From assembly GCA_964304625.1 (NCBI GenBank), contig OZ199838.1:15676929-15740928 (forward strand): a DNA stretch of 64,000 nucleotides, in the 5' to 3' direction. This document shows positions 51,550 to 64,000 of the stretch, in pieces; within the stretch, counting starts at the first letter, position 1, and the number at the start of each line of letters is the position of its first letter. The position numbers and the translations under genes were made by a program. The stretch comes from Kudoa neothunni (taxonomy: Eukaryota > Animalia > Cnidaria). The notes beneath the pieces were generated by a model. That model did no database searches and was not told the DNA's origin. It saw only the letters and a list, made by a program, of their open reading frames with translations.

Positions 51550-53528
51550 TTGCAATGGTTGACCGACTTATTGCACTTTTGGTGAATTTTATTATAGCCG
51601 TCAATATTAAACCTTATATTTAATATTATTTTATAAATAGATAACTGTCAAAAAGTTTTAAATTCATGTTATCCATAAAGTGAAGTTATTAAATCGCCAT
51701 AATTTTTTATTAACCCAAGGATGATTAAAACGGTTAACCATTACACATATTATAACTGTTGATATACAATGTTTTAATTTAGAGTCCTGAAGAATTATAT
51801 CCGTATATACTAACAATGATAATATTTATATCCTCGCGCAATGTTGTTTATAATTATCTATTTTCTGCATTAAATAAAAAAAGTATTAAGATATACACGC
51901 TATTCAATAAACTTCAAGCATCAAATTATTTAGATATTAATCGAAATGTTTGAGTTAGGATCACTGGAATTTAATCGCATATTTTACGCCGTGTGCCAAC
52001 CACTACTGATTGTGGATATTCTTGTCCCCAGGAAACCATAATTAATGATCATTTTTTTAATATCACATTTAATAATTATTTCAAGTAATTTTTTATTTTC
52101 ATAGGTATTGCTATTTAGAACATTAAAAGTATCCTAAACTGATTATTTTAAATTTCTTCTAATAGAATTTTTCTATATACAGTTGTAAATGGGTATTACA
52201 CACTTTATGATATTAATTTTTACCTTGATAAAAATATATAATTTTTTTTTTTATTATTAACCTAGAAATATTTAATCCAATAAATTTATTATTAAAAATA
52301 TGGTCCATGATTTTAAAATATGCGGTTACAAACTTAATGCGAATTAAAAAATTCTCCACTTAAATCTGACAACATGGTTAGTGCCTGTAAAGTTTATAAT
52401 AAGTGTTATGCGAGATAAAGAGAGTGTTAGCGTGACATACAAAGTACCTAAAAAGCTCAACATGATATTCTATGCATCAATAGCACGGATTAACTGTGAA
52501 AATCATGGGGAAACTGCGGACTTTAGAGCTCCAACTAAATATGAAGAACTTACTTCAATATACTCCCCCAAATAATATAATTAATCCATAGTACTTTAAA
52601 GTTTAATTTAAATAAGTTCATGTTTATAATACGTTAAAGATGAACAAAGAATAAATATTATATTATTCTGTACAAACATTTCAATTATCTTTAAATAGCA
52701 TCGTTTTTTATTAGCCAATTGTAATACCTTAGTTTTCCCTTAAAAAAACATTCGGCTACTGTTTTTTAAAACAAGAAAATTTTGAAATAAATCAAGAATA
52801 ACGCAGAATTATAATGGAACTATATATACAAAATAAAGTATCGAGTTTCTATACATTTTTGTATTTTATTTAAATGTTAATTGTCGTTAGATATCATAAT
52901 AGGCATATCCATCAGTTCATCACAAACTCTACTCCTTTTCTTTCTCAAAAAATTTCCAGCCATTAAAAATGATACTTGACATAAAATAAATTAAATTCTG
53001 TGCTTTTAATCACATTTATTAATAGCATAAGATCATCGTTTAGAACTCTTTAAAGCTCAAAAATATTTTGAACATTTGAATTTGAATTTTTTGGAATCCT
53101 CCTTTTTGTTAAATTTGGAAAGCTTTAAAACTCTGATCGTAAATCTTGATTTTGACTAGAAACCGAATATGTAAAATATTCTCAACATCAGCATTGTTGT
53201 CTAATTCAAAAAATCTCTCATGTTGCAGTTATATAAAACTATGAAATTCTTCCTTATACAACAATACGACAGTTAAATTTCATAACCGCATATATAATTA
53301 TTATTCAAATAACAAACAATATTCACAAAAACAACGTTTCAGCATTTGGTAGTTCTGCATAGATACAAAAAATCATCGGTTGTGACATATGTGAGTCCTT
53401 GTTTTTACATAGCTTATTTAAAACGAAATCGAAAATTGTGTCCGAATCTTTATAATTTACGGTTTCTCTGGATAATGATTTTATTACAAGAATTATCGGT
53501 TCCAATAAAACTTTTACATCCTCTAAAG

Positions 53529-53989
53529 CAGGGTTTCTCGATAGCTTTTTTAAATATACCTCCCCTGGGAGTGCAAAAATCCAAACTTACCCCCCCCCCC
53601 CCCCTTTGGTTGAGTGCTTTAAAATCGGCTACTCACTTGGAGTTTTTGGAGTCAAATAAACTCCAGGCTTTTATTCCATCGTTAACCCTCTACGAATTTT
53701 GGGGTGAAATTCACTCGAAACAAGTTTTAATCCTATCATACATTCTTTCATTGTTTTTTAATGCGTGTGAAATTATTGTTATACCTATGAATTTATTTTA
53801 AGTGTCATTTTTGAGTGTTCGGGTTTTAAAAAAATAAAAATTTTTCCCCCAATTTCTTTATTAAAATCATTAAGATCCGTTTCTCTCCACAATGTATTGT
53901 TTAGCTAAACCAATACAAAACCTTAAAGTAGGTACAAATTTTGTTTCCAAATTAAGGGGTGAATTTTAGAATACGGTTGGGAACCCCTA
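53529..53989. mobile_element. hAT MITE
   Basis: CAGGGTTTCTCGA ... TTGGGAACCCCTA ends with degenerate 8-bp TSD CTCTAAAG/TTTTAAAG. Related end at ~13930. Confidence 0.65.
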
Positions 53990-54579
53990 TTTTAAAGGGT
54001 TAAATGCAATAAATAATTCTGTAACATTAAATAAAAATTTATCAACAACTTACTGTCGCATTTTTGCCAAGATTTTCACTGGACGTATACGAAACAATTC
54101 TAATTCGTGTGACTTTATTGGTCCAATCTGTTTTTGTCAATTAGGACTTGATTGTAACGAATTAATGAGATAACTTATTATTTCATGTGTAAAAATGGTT
54201 TAAAATTTGTTTCCTACAATAGATAATCATTTTTACGTAATTCCCACGAGGTAGGGTTCAAGTAAAAACAGTCATTTAACCACTTTGTTCCAGTTTTGAG
54301 CGCAAATGATCAATATAAATTTTTTTATATTGTCCTTTGGATATAATTTTGACCATACACATTCTTCTCGCAAACAAATTCAACCAAACTTCATCTCTCT
54401 AAATATTTTAGTATTATTTAAAGCAAAAAATCCCATGAGGTAAAATTGACCCCGAAAGAACCAAGAGTATAATTTTTTCGTGTATCATTGTTTATTTTAC
54501 TTTCTCAAGTTTTTATTCAAAAATTCTAAAATATTATATGTTTTAGGAGAATACATCAGATATTACAATCGTCAAATTC

Positions 54580-54621
<42 letters not shown>

Positions 54622-55850
54622 AACTTGAATAAAATAAGCTCTATGGACAATTTGATCCCAGAAAAGTTCGGGAGGTTAAGTTGTATACTTATTTAGGTAT
54701 TATTAGGTTACATCTCTAAAAAATAAAAGAGGAATAAAAATAAATAATTGATACTAGTTTTATAAATAATTGTTCAATACTTATTCTCAAAAACATTTAA
54801 AAAATTCCTGCCAACATCCTAACCTAATGGAGTGTAAGAACCCCGAATAATATAACCCCTTAGAAAGTCTTAAGTTTGTAACAACCCGCATTGCTCAAAA
54901 TTTAACCCTAACCAATTTAAGTATCATCTAATATTTGCCCCCGGTTGAGAACAATTAAAATAATGTGATCCTGATGTCTAGAATTATAGAGCCGACCCTA
55001 TTTTAGTGTATTTCAATGTTTTCCTCCATATTTTCAAAATATATGATGTTTTAATTTAAACAGTTTATAATTTTTATTCAAGCTTCATATCACATTCAAA
55101 TTTGAAAGTGGTTAATATATATTTTTTCATCATAAAATTAAGTTGTATTCAATTATACCAAACTTAATTTATCGATTGACCTTAAAAATTAATATCTTTA
55201 GTTCTTCATTTCATCAAAAACAGCGTTTGGTGAAACTCGTTGTAATCTAGTTTGCATTAGGCCAGACATTCGTGTATACATTTCTTATAAACACAAAAGA
55301 AATAATCTAGATATAAAATTAATCAATATTAAATTGGCATAAATCATATCAGAAGGATGACGATTATACATGAGACAAAATTGGGATTAAAACCATTCTG
55401 TTTCTATTCAAAATAAGATCATTTGAATGTTATTATTCATTTGTATATACTCAATAATGTCATTTGGTATTGGTTATGATATCGATAATCACTTAAAGAT
55501 AAAAGAGATCGAGGTATAGATTTCAAAGTGCCCCACGCCGCTCAATATCTCACCATTATCCATGCCACGTAAATGCTCAGGATTTCCCGCGTTCAGTAAA
55601 CGTTCGAAAATTTCTACGTCTCGCCCCTACGTTGTGAAACACTTCTTTAAACGTATGAAAATAAGACAAACGACTGCATGTGGCTTATTGCAATGCCTGG
55701 AGCATTTACCGAGGTAAACAAAAAAACCGCATCAGAGGACTAAAGCTGCAAGCAAAGCGAATGTATGAAATAATAGAAACTAATGCTTAACATTTTTATG
55801 TACACCGAAAAAAATAATCCAAACAAAAGCGTCATTACATTACTACTAAA

Positions 55851-55933
55851 ATACTATACTGAATTATACTATACTGAATTATACTATACTGAATTATACT
55901 ATACTGAATTATACTATACTGAATTATACTATA
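55851..55933. repeat. 15-bp tandem repeat (ATACTATACTGAATT), about 5.5 copies
   Basis: Directly visible; overlaps the GRWD1 stop codon. Confidence 0.95.
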
Positions 55934-57983
55934 CACTAATGGTTTTAAAAATATTAAACCCCCTGAAAGCTGTACTCATGATCAAGCCATGATGAGCAGG
56001 GTGCCAATGGCATTCTTTAATCTCACTTTGTCCCTTTAAAATCAGAAATAACAAAATCAACTCGAAAATTGATGGTCGTGTTACCAAGTGAATAAAAATA
56101 ATTTGAGGAAGCACATTTTCGGGAATATCTCCTCGATCAAGATTATCTGTATCTACCGCCAAATCCCAGAGTACCACTTGATCATCTTCACCAGCAGACA
56201 CAAAGGTGGATGAATCGGTGGGATGCCATTCAACAGAAGTAATAGCTTTGGTGTGATGAGAGAATTCACACACAGCTTGACTTAATTGACTGCTAACAAA
56301 ATTTTGTGAATTTCAAGTCACACCCCGCATTATTACGGAATACCTTGTAGATTGGTTGGTTTGGAGTTGTCTAAGATCCCAAATCTTGACAATACCATTT
56401 TCATCACCCGAAACTATTAATGGTTCATGTCTTCATAAAAAATAGTGATTAATTAATATTTTCCTACAGAACGGAACTACTTGTTCCAAGCGAAAACATT
56501 GATATCCGTCCCCGGATGAGCGTTGACTGAGAGTACCGGTTTGGTTTCGGTTGAGCGTGTGTCCCACACTTTAATGTATCCATCGCAACCGCTGCTAGCA
56601 AGAATCTTGTGGAAAATTTGATACAATGTTAATAATCATTTCATTATCTTACATCTTTTTCGTTAGGGCTCCATTGAACACATTCCACCGAAGAACTGTG
56701 ACCAAATTGTTGTTTTGATGATAAGCAATCCACTTGCCAAGTTGATTCACTGGCATTCCATACAGCTATCGTACTGTCACACGAGCCACTTGCCAGTCTA
56801 TAAAGAAATACGTTGAATTGAATAGTTTGATAAGAATAAGTGTGGGTCACCTAGCAGTAGCTAACGAGTTCCAATCAAGAGCATAACCTTCTTCCTTAAT
56901 TGATTGATTAATTGATTGATTAATTGATTGATTGATTAATTAATTAATATTTAATTAAACATCAAAATTAATTGTGTTTGAATGTGGAAAATGTAATATT
57001 AACTTGATGTCCCGTGAAAGTAAACAGTGGCTTTTTGGTGTTGTTGTTTTTTCGGGTTTTGTTGGTGTTATGGAGATCATTTAATTCATCGGTAATATCG
57101 AACACAGTGACCACCCCCGTATCAGACCAGCACGCAGTGTAGTCTCTGTTGAAAAATGATGACATCTACAACCCCCATCTGTCGAATCTCATAACAAATT
57201 AACGCAACTACCGCAATCTTATTGACAGATCCTTGATGGGGAAAAGTTATGACTTTTAAATCGGGTTCAATTGCGTCAACTTCATCGTCACTTTCTTCAT
57301 CGGATGATTGCGACGAGCTTTCATCGATATTTTTGTATTTAATGTTGGAAATGGATCCGGTTATAATTTGATTGCTTTTGGAATTGCTGATTTGAGAGCC
57401 AGCTACAAAATTAGTAGTCAACGAATCCTAAAAATAATAACATTTTTAAGTCTATAGTAGATCATAATAATATATCAAACTTGATTATTATTAGTGCTTC
57501 CAATGAGAGTTTTTGTCGGAACAAACGAAAAACTAAGACATGGAAATCCCAGGTCGAACTAGTTCCAACGAACAAAATCATTTCAAAATTACAACTAGAA
57601 AAATCCACCTCATGATATAATCGATAAGCTGAGGGATCATAAACCAAATCATCGTTAGTTTCGTTATCATTACTATCGAAACCAATGTTTTTATAGTCCT
57701 GATTTGGTAGATACAATTTCTATTAAAATTTATTAGATTGAAGAACAACCATCCACGAACAGCCTACTTTGATAGCAGGTTCAGATTCATTGTCTTCTAG
57801 GAGAAATTTAATTTGTTTTAAAATCCCCCTTAAAATTACCATTCGACGAATTTTGTGGAACAGTTGAACCAACAGTGTTCCCACCTTTCCAATCATACTC
57901 AAACAACCAACCAATTGATCTATTTTACTTTTATGATTTTTTGTTGCACTAATCAATTTCTGTTTCCTTGTTAATTTTCCCAT
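55929..57983 (-). CDS. GRWD1: Glutamate-rich WD repeat protein 1 (Rrb1), ribosome biogenesis, about 12 exons
   Basis: LVYDPSAYRLYH, FPCLSF, HQGSVNKI, EGYALDW, SVECVQWSPNE, AITSVEWHP, DDQVVLWDL, FIHLGQSEIKECHWH, GFNIFKTISV*. Confidence 0.93.
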
Positions 57984-58210
57984 AACTGATTATTTTACTG
58001 CGTTGTGCGCGCGCAGCTTTCGTGTTATCGATAAATTGTGTACTTTGCATTATGCTTACAGCACACCAAAATAAATGAATATTAATTCTAGTCTAGAAGG
58101 TTGACCTATGGATTATTTATAACATCAAATTTAAGAGTTATAAATCTTTTGACGAAATATACCGAAGTTCTCACACTCGGAAACAGAACGTGGTAGTTAT
58201 AAGTTCAGCG
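57984..58210. promoter_or_regulatory. 227-bp bidirectional promoter region between GRWD1 and RPL7A
   Basis: Divergent ATGs. Palindrome TGCGCGCGCA (58006-58015) and DRE-like TATCGATA (58026-58033). Confidence 0.6.
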
Positions 58211-59234
58211 ATGGCAGTAAATATGAAATTATGTTTCATCGGACTGATTGTCTAATGTAGGGGGGATCTAAACAGTCGAAAAAGATTCAAAAGGCACCAC
58301 TTAAGATGTCCACTGTGGACACTAAGAAGAAGAACAAAAAGGCTTTGAAACATGCTAGACAACCTAGAAATCTCATTGAGAGCACTCCCAAAGCGTTCAC
58401 AGTTGGTACGATCGAATGTGGTGTGGTGTATGAGTGTTTATTGTGGTTAAATAGGCAAGTCTATTCTCCCCAAGCGAGATCTTACTCGTTATGTCAAATG
58501 GCCTAAATACATCCGTATCCAACGCCAAGAGAAAATCCTTCTCCAACGCCTCAGAGTGCCTCCATCAATAAATCAATTTTCGCACACTCTGGACAAACAA
58601 ACCAGTAATTCGAATGAGATGGATGCGGTTGATGTTTGTTGTAGCTATTAAGTTGTTTTCGCTCATGCACAAATACCGCCCTGAAACCAAAGCTCAAAAG
58701 AAGCAACGTTTGTTGACTGCCGCTCAACAACAGGTTGAAGGTGCAAAACAAAAAAAAGTCCAACGACCTTTGTCAGTTGAATTTGGGTTGAAACACGTGA
58801 CCAAACTCATTGAAAAGAAAAAGGCTTCGTTGGTTGTGATTGCTCATGATGTTAAACCACTTGAGGTGAGGCACATTACTCGCATATATGCAAATTTAAG
58901 GGATCTCTAATGCTATTGCTTGTTGGTTTAGTTAGTTGTGTGGCTACCTGCCCTCTGTAGAAGAATGGGTGTCCCATATTGTATAGTCAAAGGAAAAGCA
59001 CGTCTTGGCCTTTTGTTACACAAGAAAAAAGCTGCTGTTGCCGCATTCACCAAAGTCAAAAAGGAGGATATGGTCTCTCTGGATAAGTTGGTCGAAACTA
59101 TCAGAGTTAACTTCAATGAGAGAGGTGATGAAATCCGACGTATGTGGGGAGGAAACATCCTTAGCAAAAAGGCCCAAAACAGAGTTGCTAGCATTGAAAA
59201 ATCCAAAGCTAATGAAATCAAAGTTGTTTCATAG
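58211..59234 (+). CDS. RPL7A: 60S ribosomal protein L7a (eL8), 5 exons
   Basis: [68 protein letters not shown]. Confidence 0.97.
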
Positions 59235-59931
59235 ATTGACATGAAATAGTTGTTAACCGTGTGATGAGAGTAGTGCATTTTTTCTTGATTTTTGGATTTT
59301 TGCGTTAATTAATCCATACGTTTGTTGTTGTAGAGGCGTCGCTTGTTTATTCTTGTTATTTGAATGTCTTAAGTTGAATTTAATTTGTCTAATTAATCTA
59401 TAATCCGACTACTACAGTTCTACAGTTTGTTTTTGATTTTAGTATTGCGCATTAAGGTTCTCGTAAGCTTAAAAGAGAATTGTCAGATGAGTCATTTAAC
59501 TCGTACTAAATATTGTAATAGAAACCAATCAACAAACTTGAAATCTCACTTTAATTTCAAGAGGTACACCATATTTTATAAATAGCACTAAAAATATGGT
59601 TCTACCAATATAAAACTAATCGAAACATAAAATTACTGATAAGGTATCGTTAAATACTAAACTGTTAATTCATTATCACTGTCCTCCTCATCGTATAGGT
59701 CTATATTTTCCATCATTTTAATTAATTGGTCAGATAATTTATCTCATGCGACTGACATCCCTCAACAAACATTCAGATTATAGAGGAGCATTCTTTTCTC
59801 ATCTGCCAATAAAAATGCGTTGTTAAACGTTGATATTATTCACTCATGAAAATAATCTGTCGACAGAATCAAATGAATGAGGTCAAACAAATAGACAGAA
59901 TTTAGTTTGTTTGACTGTAATGGATACCTAA

Positions 59932-61253
59932 CACTTGTACGCGTCCAGTGCCCAATGGACACTGCTCATGATTATTTTAAAAATTGTAACACTCTCAGCA
60001 AAGCCAGAAAAACATAAATCTATCCAGCTGCTCAAAAATTTGTTTTAAATTTTCTATTACGTCTACACCATCTAATAACTTGTGTATGATTTTTTATTTC
60101 TATGTAAATGAAAAATTGCGCACAACAGGGTCCATTGGACCCTGTTGAATAATTGAACAATTAAGATGCCAAAGCGAATTCAAACTCCAAAATAAAAAAT
60201 ATTTGTATAAGTCAATCTGAACATTACTATGTTCATTAAAAAAATTTTAATTTTCAGTTATTTCTTTCAATGTACTTTAACGAAAAAATTATTTCTTATT
60301 TTCTTCTGTTTTGTGTAATTTTGGTTATATTATCAAATTTTATAATAAACCAAATTATGGGTGTAAAATAATTGCAAATTTACGCTAAGAAAGAGGTACG
60401 TGTTAACTCAAAATACGATAACTAGGAGAATATATTATATAATCCCTCAAAGTGAACGGTAAATTAATTATGTTTATTGCTTAATCTCTAGGGATATAAC
60501 AATGGGAGGTGGGAAATATTTGTCAAAAATAATAACTGATTAATCTTTTGTCGATCTCGTGTACAGATTGGTGGTTGTGCATTAGGTTTTCCATTAATGA
60601 TGCAATCAAAATGATTATAGATAACTCAGAAGACTCGACATTGTAAGGAGGAAAACTCTCAGATGGTCACTCACAATATTTTACAATATACTTCACACCG
60701 CTGGTTACAACTCAATGATTGTGTACTTAGATAAATATAATGAATTTAAACTAAAATACCAAAACCAGGCAAGGCGTCAATATTTACAAAATTTAATTGA
60801 GGAGATTGTTGAAAAGTGAATTAACCAAAAGATTGATCTTCCATTTGCAACATCGCCGAAGTATGATAGGAGGGATGACAAGAAAAGATGCCATTTTCTC
60901 CCATACTCGATGCATGTAAAAACTATGACAATGTACTTTTAATGCAAAAAACGTGTGCGAACAACATTACTCATTTCTCTGTTACAGTTGTAACTAATTA
61001 TTTGTGTTTATTATAAATCCAATGATTTGAATGGGTTCTTCAATGTTATCGTTGTTATAGTAATGGCGTTGTGTTTTATTCGTATTTCTGCAGATTCGCT
61101 ATAAATTATATATATTTATAAAAGCTTAAAAATAAATTTTTGTTGGTTTCTAGAATATTCAAAAAACACTAACAAACAAAATTTCATTCTACGAACAGAG
61201 TCCATTAGACCCTGTTCTGCAGTGGTGTAATATTTTTGGCGTACGTACTAGTG
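59932..61253 (+). mobile_element. piggyBac transposon remnant with TIRs and (C/T)TAA target site
   Basis: Left end CTAA|CACTTGTACG, right end reverse complement TTAA|CACTAGTACG. Subterminal palindromes ACAGGGTCCATTGGACCCTGT (~60125) and a variant at ~61196. Relics of the YN..MGG, WW and KKRCHF..CKK motifs. Confidence 0.75.
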
Positions 61254-62049
61254 TTAAATATTTCTACTCTTCTCTTATTCGAGACCACATACCAAAAGTT
61301 CTCTCGGTCTTTTTCAACGAAATGATCATCAACTTACAGATTACGTTCTATCTGTTCAATCTTCGAATTTAAATACCCATCTTCAGCAATAATAGATGAA
61401 AATCTCTTTGAGATGTATAATGGAATGGGTGGTTTTCCTTCATTGATATTTGCAGGATCCGCTGCCTCAATTAATTAATAATTGAAATGCATAAACTTTT
61501 GAAATATCTGTTTCATCGGTAGTTAAGACAAATCCAAAGTTTTGATAAGAAAGTGAACAAGATCGTGAGTACTTTTCACAATACTACTATTTTCATTCCG
61601 AATAGATCAGAATCAGGATCAGGGGGTGGCCAGATCCGAAACCAACTATAAGGTTGCCAATATTTCCAAGAGCCATAAGGCATTAAAATGATTTATGCAC
61701 CTTTTCCTCATTTAAAATTTACATTGTTAGAGTATTTTTGACAAATATTAAAATAAAATGTTATAGAATTATAAATAAAGGTTGTTTAGTCTTTCCTTAT
61801 TCAGTGATTCGCTAAAAAACTTACATAGAATTTTTATAGGTACAATTTATGATGGTTTTTCCAAAAAAGTAAATTAGTAGTTAATGATCCAGGATACTTT
61901 TCCTCTATGATAAAGATCTCAAAAATATTAAAATATTTTTCATATTGAATCATGTATGGTTGTGTGACAACGAATTAAATTAAATATTTTCGAATAAAGT
62001 AATAACACACACATGAATTTAATGTTTTCGAAATTTTTTTCTAGAATTT

Positions 62050-62510
62050 GTTTTTTCTAATATTACAACATTTTTATTTCCATATTATAGGTGAGCTGAC
62101 TGTAAGCTGGTTCGCAAGTTGTTAACGCTGTACGAATTAGTTCCGTCGGGTGTTTGTTTGTGAGGGAGGGAGGGAGGGAGGGATTCGATATGCTTTGATT
62201 GTACAAATTTCATCGTTGAATAAATAAACTCAAGCCAATAAGTTGTTCGAAGGATAGAAACCAATTTGAGCCAAATTTTTCCTAGTTTTGAATATTTAGT
62301 TTCTGGGACGTATTTCTCAAAATTCGCTTGGTGAGTTGGAATTATGAATCATCTTTCAAGCTTTATGTGTGTTTTGTTCTTTCGATATCTATCATTTCGA
62401 TAATAAATAAACATTAATTCTAACTGTATTTCCCAATGAAACTAGTAATATCTAGTTTGTATCAAATATTAAAACTATATGGTAATTTGTAACTACATTT
62501 TCTAATCAAA
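62050..62510. repeat. Inverted copy of the 3970-4440 dispersed repeat, with a (GAGG)n microsatellite
   Basis: Colinear reverse-complement match to 3970-4440. Confidence 0.85.
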
Positions 62511-62514
62511 AACG

Positions 62515-62600
62515 CAACACAAGGCCCTAATCGGGACTCGAACCTGGGTGCTTTCTTTCAAAGGCGGTGTTTGCCGTACCGCACTGCTATCCTATTGATC
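62515..62600 (-). mobile_element. tRNA-derived SINE head or tRNA pseudogene
   Basis: Minus strand TAGCAGTGCGG (A-box-like) and GGTTCGAGTCCC (B-box). No intact cloverleaf. Confidence 0.5.
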
Positions 62601-64000
62601 GGACACGAATGGTTAGTGGATTACAACTCTTATAATCCACATGTTACAAACAATATTATCTAGTTTAAGATTATAGAGTTCATTTCTTCACTTTATTAAA
62701 TAGTTTAACCGTTTTTCTTCTCTGAATTAACGTTCTGGTTGAATTAAAAAAAATTAAATTCAGAAATAATTTTTCAACAGCCCCACTGTTTGGCCACACC
62801 TGTTCTAGATAGCAACACTTCGTCGAAGTATTATGATATATTAATCATCCTTATGAATATATTGATAAACGGATTAAATTAAAAGATTGTTTGAGTTATC
62901 ATCTTATTGGCCTCAGTACTAAATAGAATATCAATACAAGATCATTCCCAAATGTTTTAAAATTGGCTATCGAGACTTTTTGAAAACCATATTGGGGATT
63001 ATTTGTACAAGTCACAAAATCGGAGTAATGCAAGTGATTTAGTTATTCATTATGCATCTAGTTTATGGTGAATATTTTAACTTATTTATTAAAAAACAGA
63101 CGCAAAATTTTATATGTAGGGAAATATTGATTAGAAAATGTTCATTAAAAATTAATAAAATGAATCTCGATAGAGTAATAATGTGGGATTGGGCATCAAA
63201 AAAACATCCTTTTGCGCTGTGTAATTCTGTCTATTCTTTTCTGAATGTTTATAATAAAATAAATTAAAATTTATAATTAAGATTCAGCTAATTATGATGA
63301 CTTCTGATTTTGCTACCAAATCCCGAGTACATCACAGCACTGTGGACAGTGGACACACGTGAAATTTTCGTTAAATTTCCAAAAACCAATGAAACCACAC
63401 ATTGTGGCCCATATATTAGCTTTTAAGCTTGCTGGATGTCTTATAAACATTTTTAGTATTATTTCGTTCCCAAAATTATATAACTCGACCGTTCAATACG
63501 TTTTACACATCTTATTTTAAATTATGTCCTCTAACACTTTTTATAAATCTAAAAAAGAACTTTTTAAAAGAGTAATTGATTCAATTAATACTATTTTAGT
63601 TTATATATTTTTTGGTGATTTTCTTATAATTAAACAAAAAGTTATTATCATTTTATCATTAAAATATTTTTCTTTAAATTTTTATGATGAGAATGTTTCA
63701 TTTTATGAATTCACTACAATTTTTATTTGTGGAAAAAATTTCGTTAAATGAACTTTTGAATAATCGTCTTTTAAGAGATCTAATTTTACAATATAAGATG
63801 CCATAAAAACCAAATTTTGGTATAAAAGTACCTTAAATACTATATATGTTTAATCTAAACTTTTTGATACATACATTATTTTTATTTTTTGGATTTTATT
63901 TTTTTAAGAATTTGACAGTAAACTATTATATCAAAAGTATTCTATGTTGTAAAGTATCTAAACTATATATAAACACGCTTCTAAAGGTTAATGAAAGGAA

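Noticed and set aside
55783-55992. Plus-strand ORF with YYTEL repeats; CRISPR-like appearance
   Set aside because: Translation of a simple 15-bp tandem repeat antisense to GRWD1; no spacers, and the context is eukaryotic.
1-64000. Stop-codon reassignment or non-canonical splice sites as the explanation for fragmented ORFs
   Set aside because: Conserved genes reconstruct with the standard code and GT-AG introns; the only exceptions are two single-base gaps in SMC3.

Overview
AT-rich eukaryotic nuclear DNA from a compact, fast-evolving animal genome. The divergent proteins and mostly 40-60 nt GT-AG introns would fit a reduced parasite such as a myxozoan or orthonectid, but the taxon cannot be fixed from this window. 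Genes reconstructed by hand from splice sites, in order: LRR protein (5'-truncated), RCC1(-), an intron-containing Tc1/IS630-derived gene(+), FAM32A(+), kappaB-Ras/NKIRAS(+), an orphan membrane protein(-), MRTO4(+), SF1(+), ELAV/Hu(-), RFX(+), SMC3(+), a GT31 glycosyltransferase(+), GRWD1(-) and RPL7A(+). Intergenic DNA holds decayed MULE, pogo/Tigger, piggyBac and Tc1-like transposons, hAT MITEs and tRNA-derived SINEs. Main findings: (1) a spliced 340-aa, apparently domesticated transposase with a degenerate catalytic triad, directly behind a cluster of RFX X-box-like motifs; (2) SMC3 naturally carrying K->T at the Eco1/ESCO acetylation lysine (yeast K113T equivalent); (3) 3' splice-site choice that appears length-ruled (>=40 nt, frequent AAG acceptors, nearer YAGs skipped), alongside an SF1 with W->F in its U2AF-binding ULM and a candidate poison cassette. 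All homology calls are from motif recognition, not database searches.
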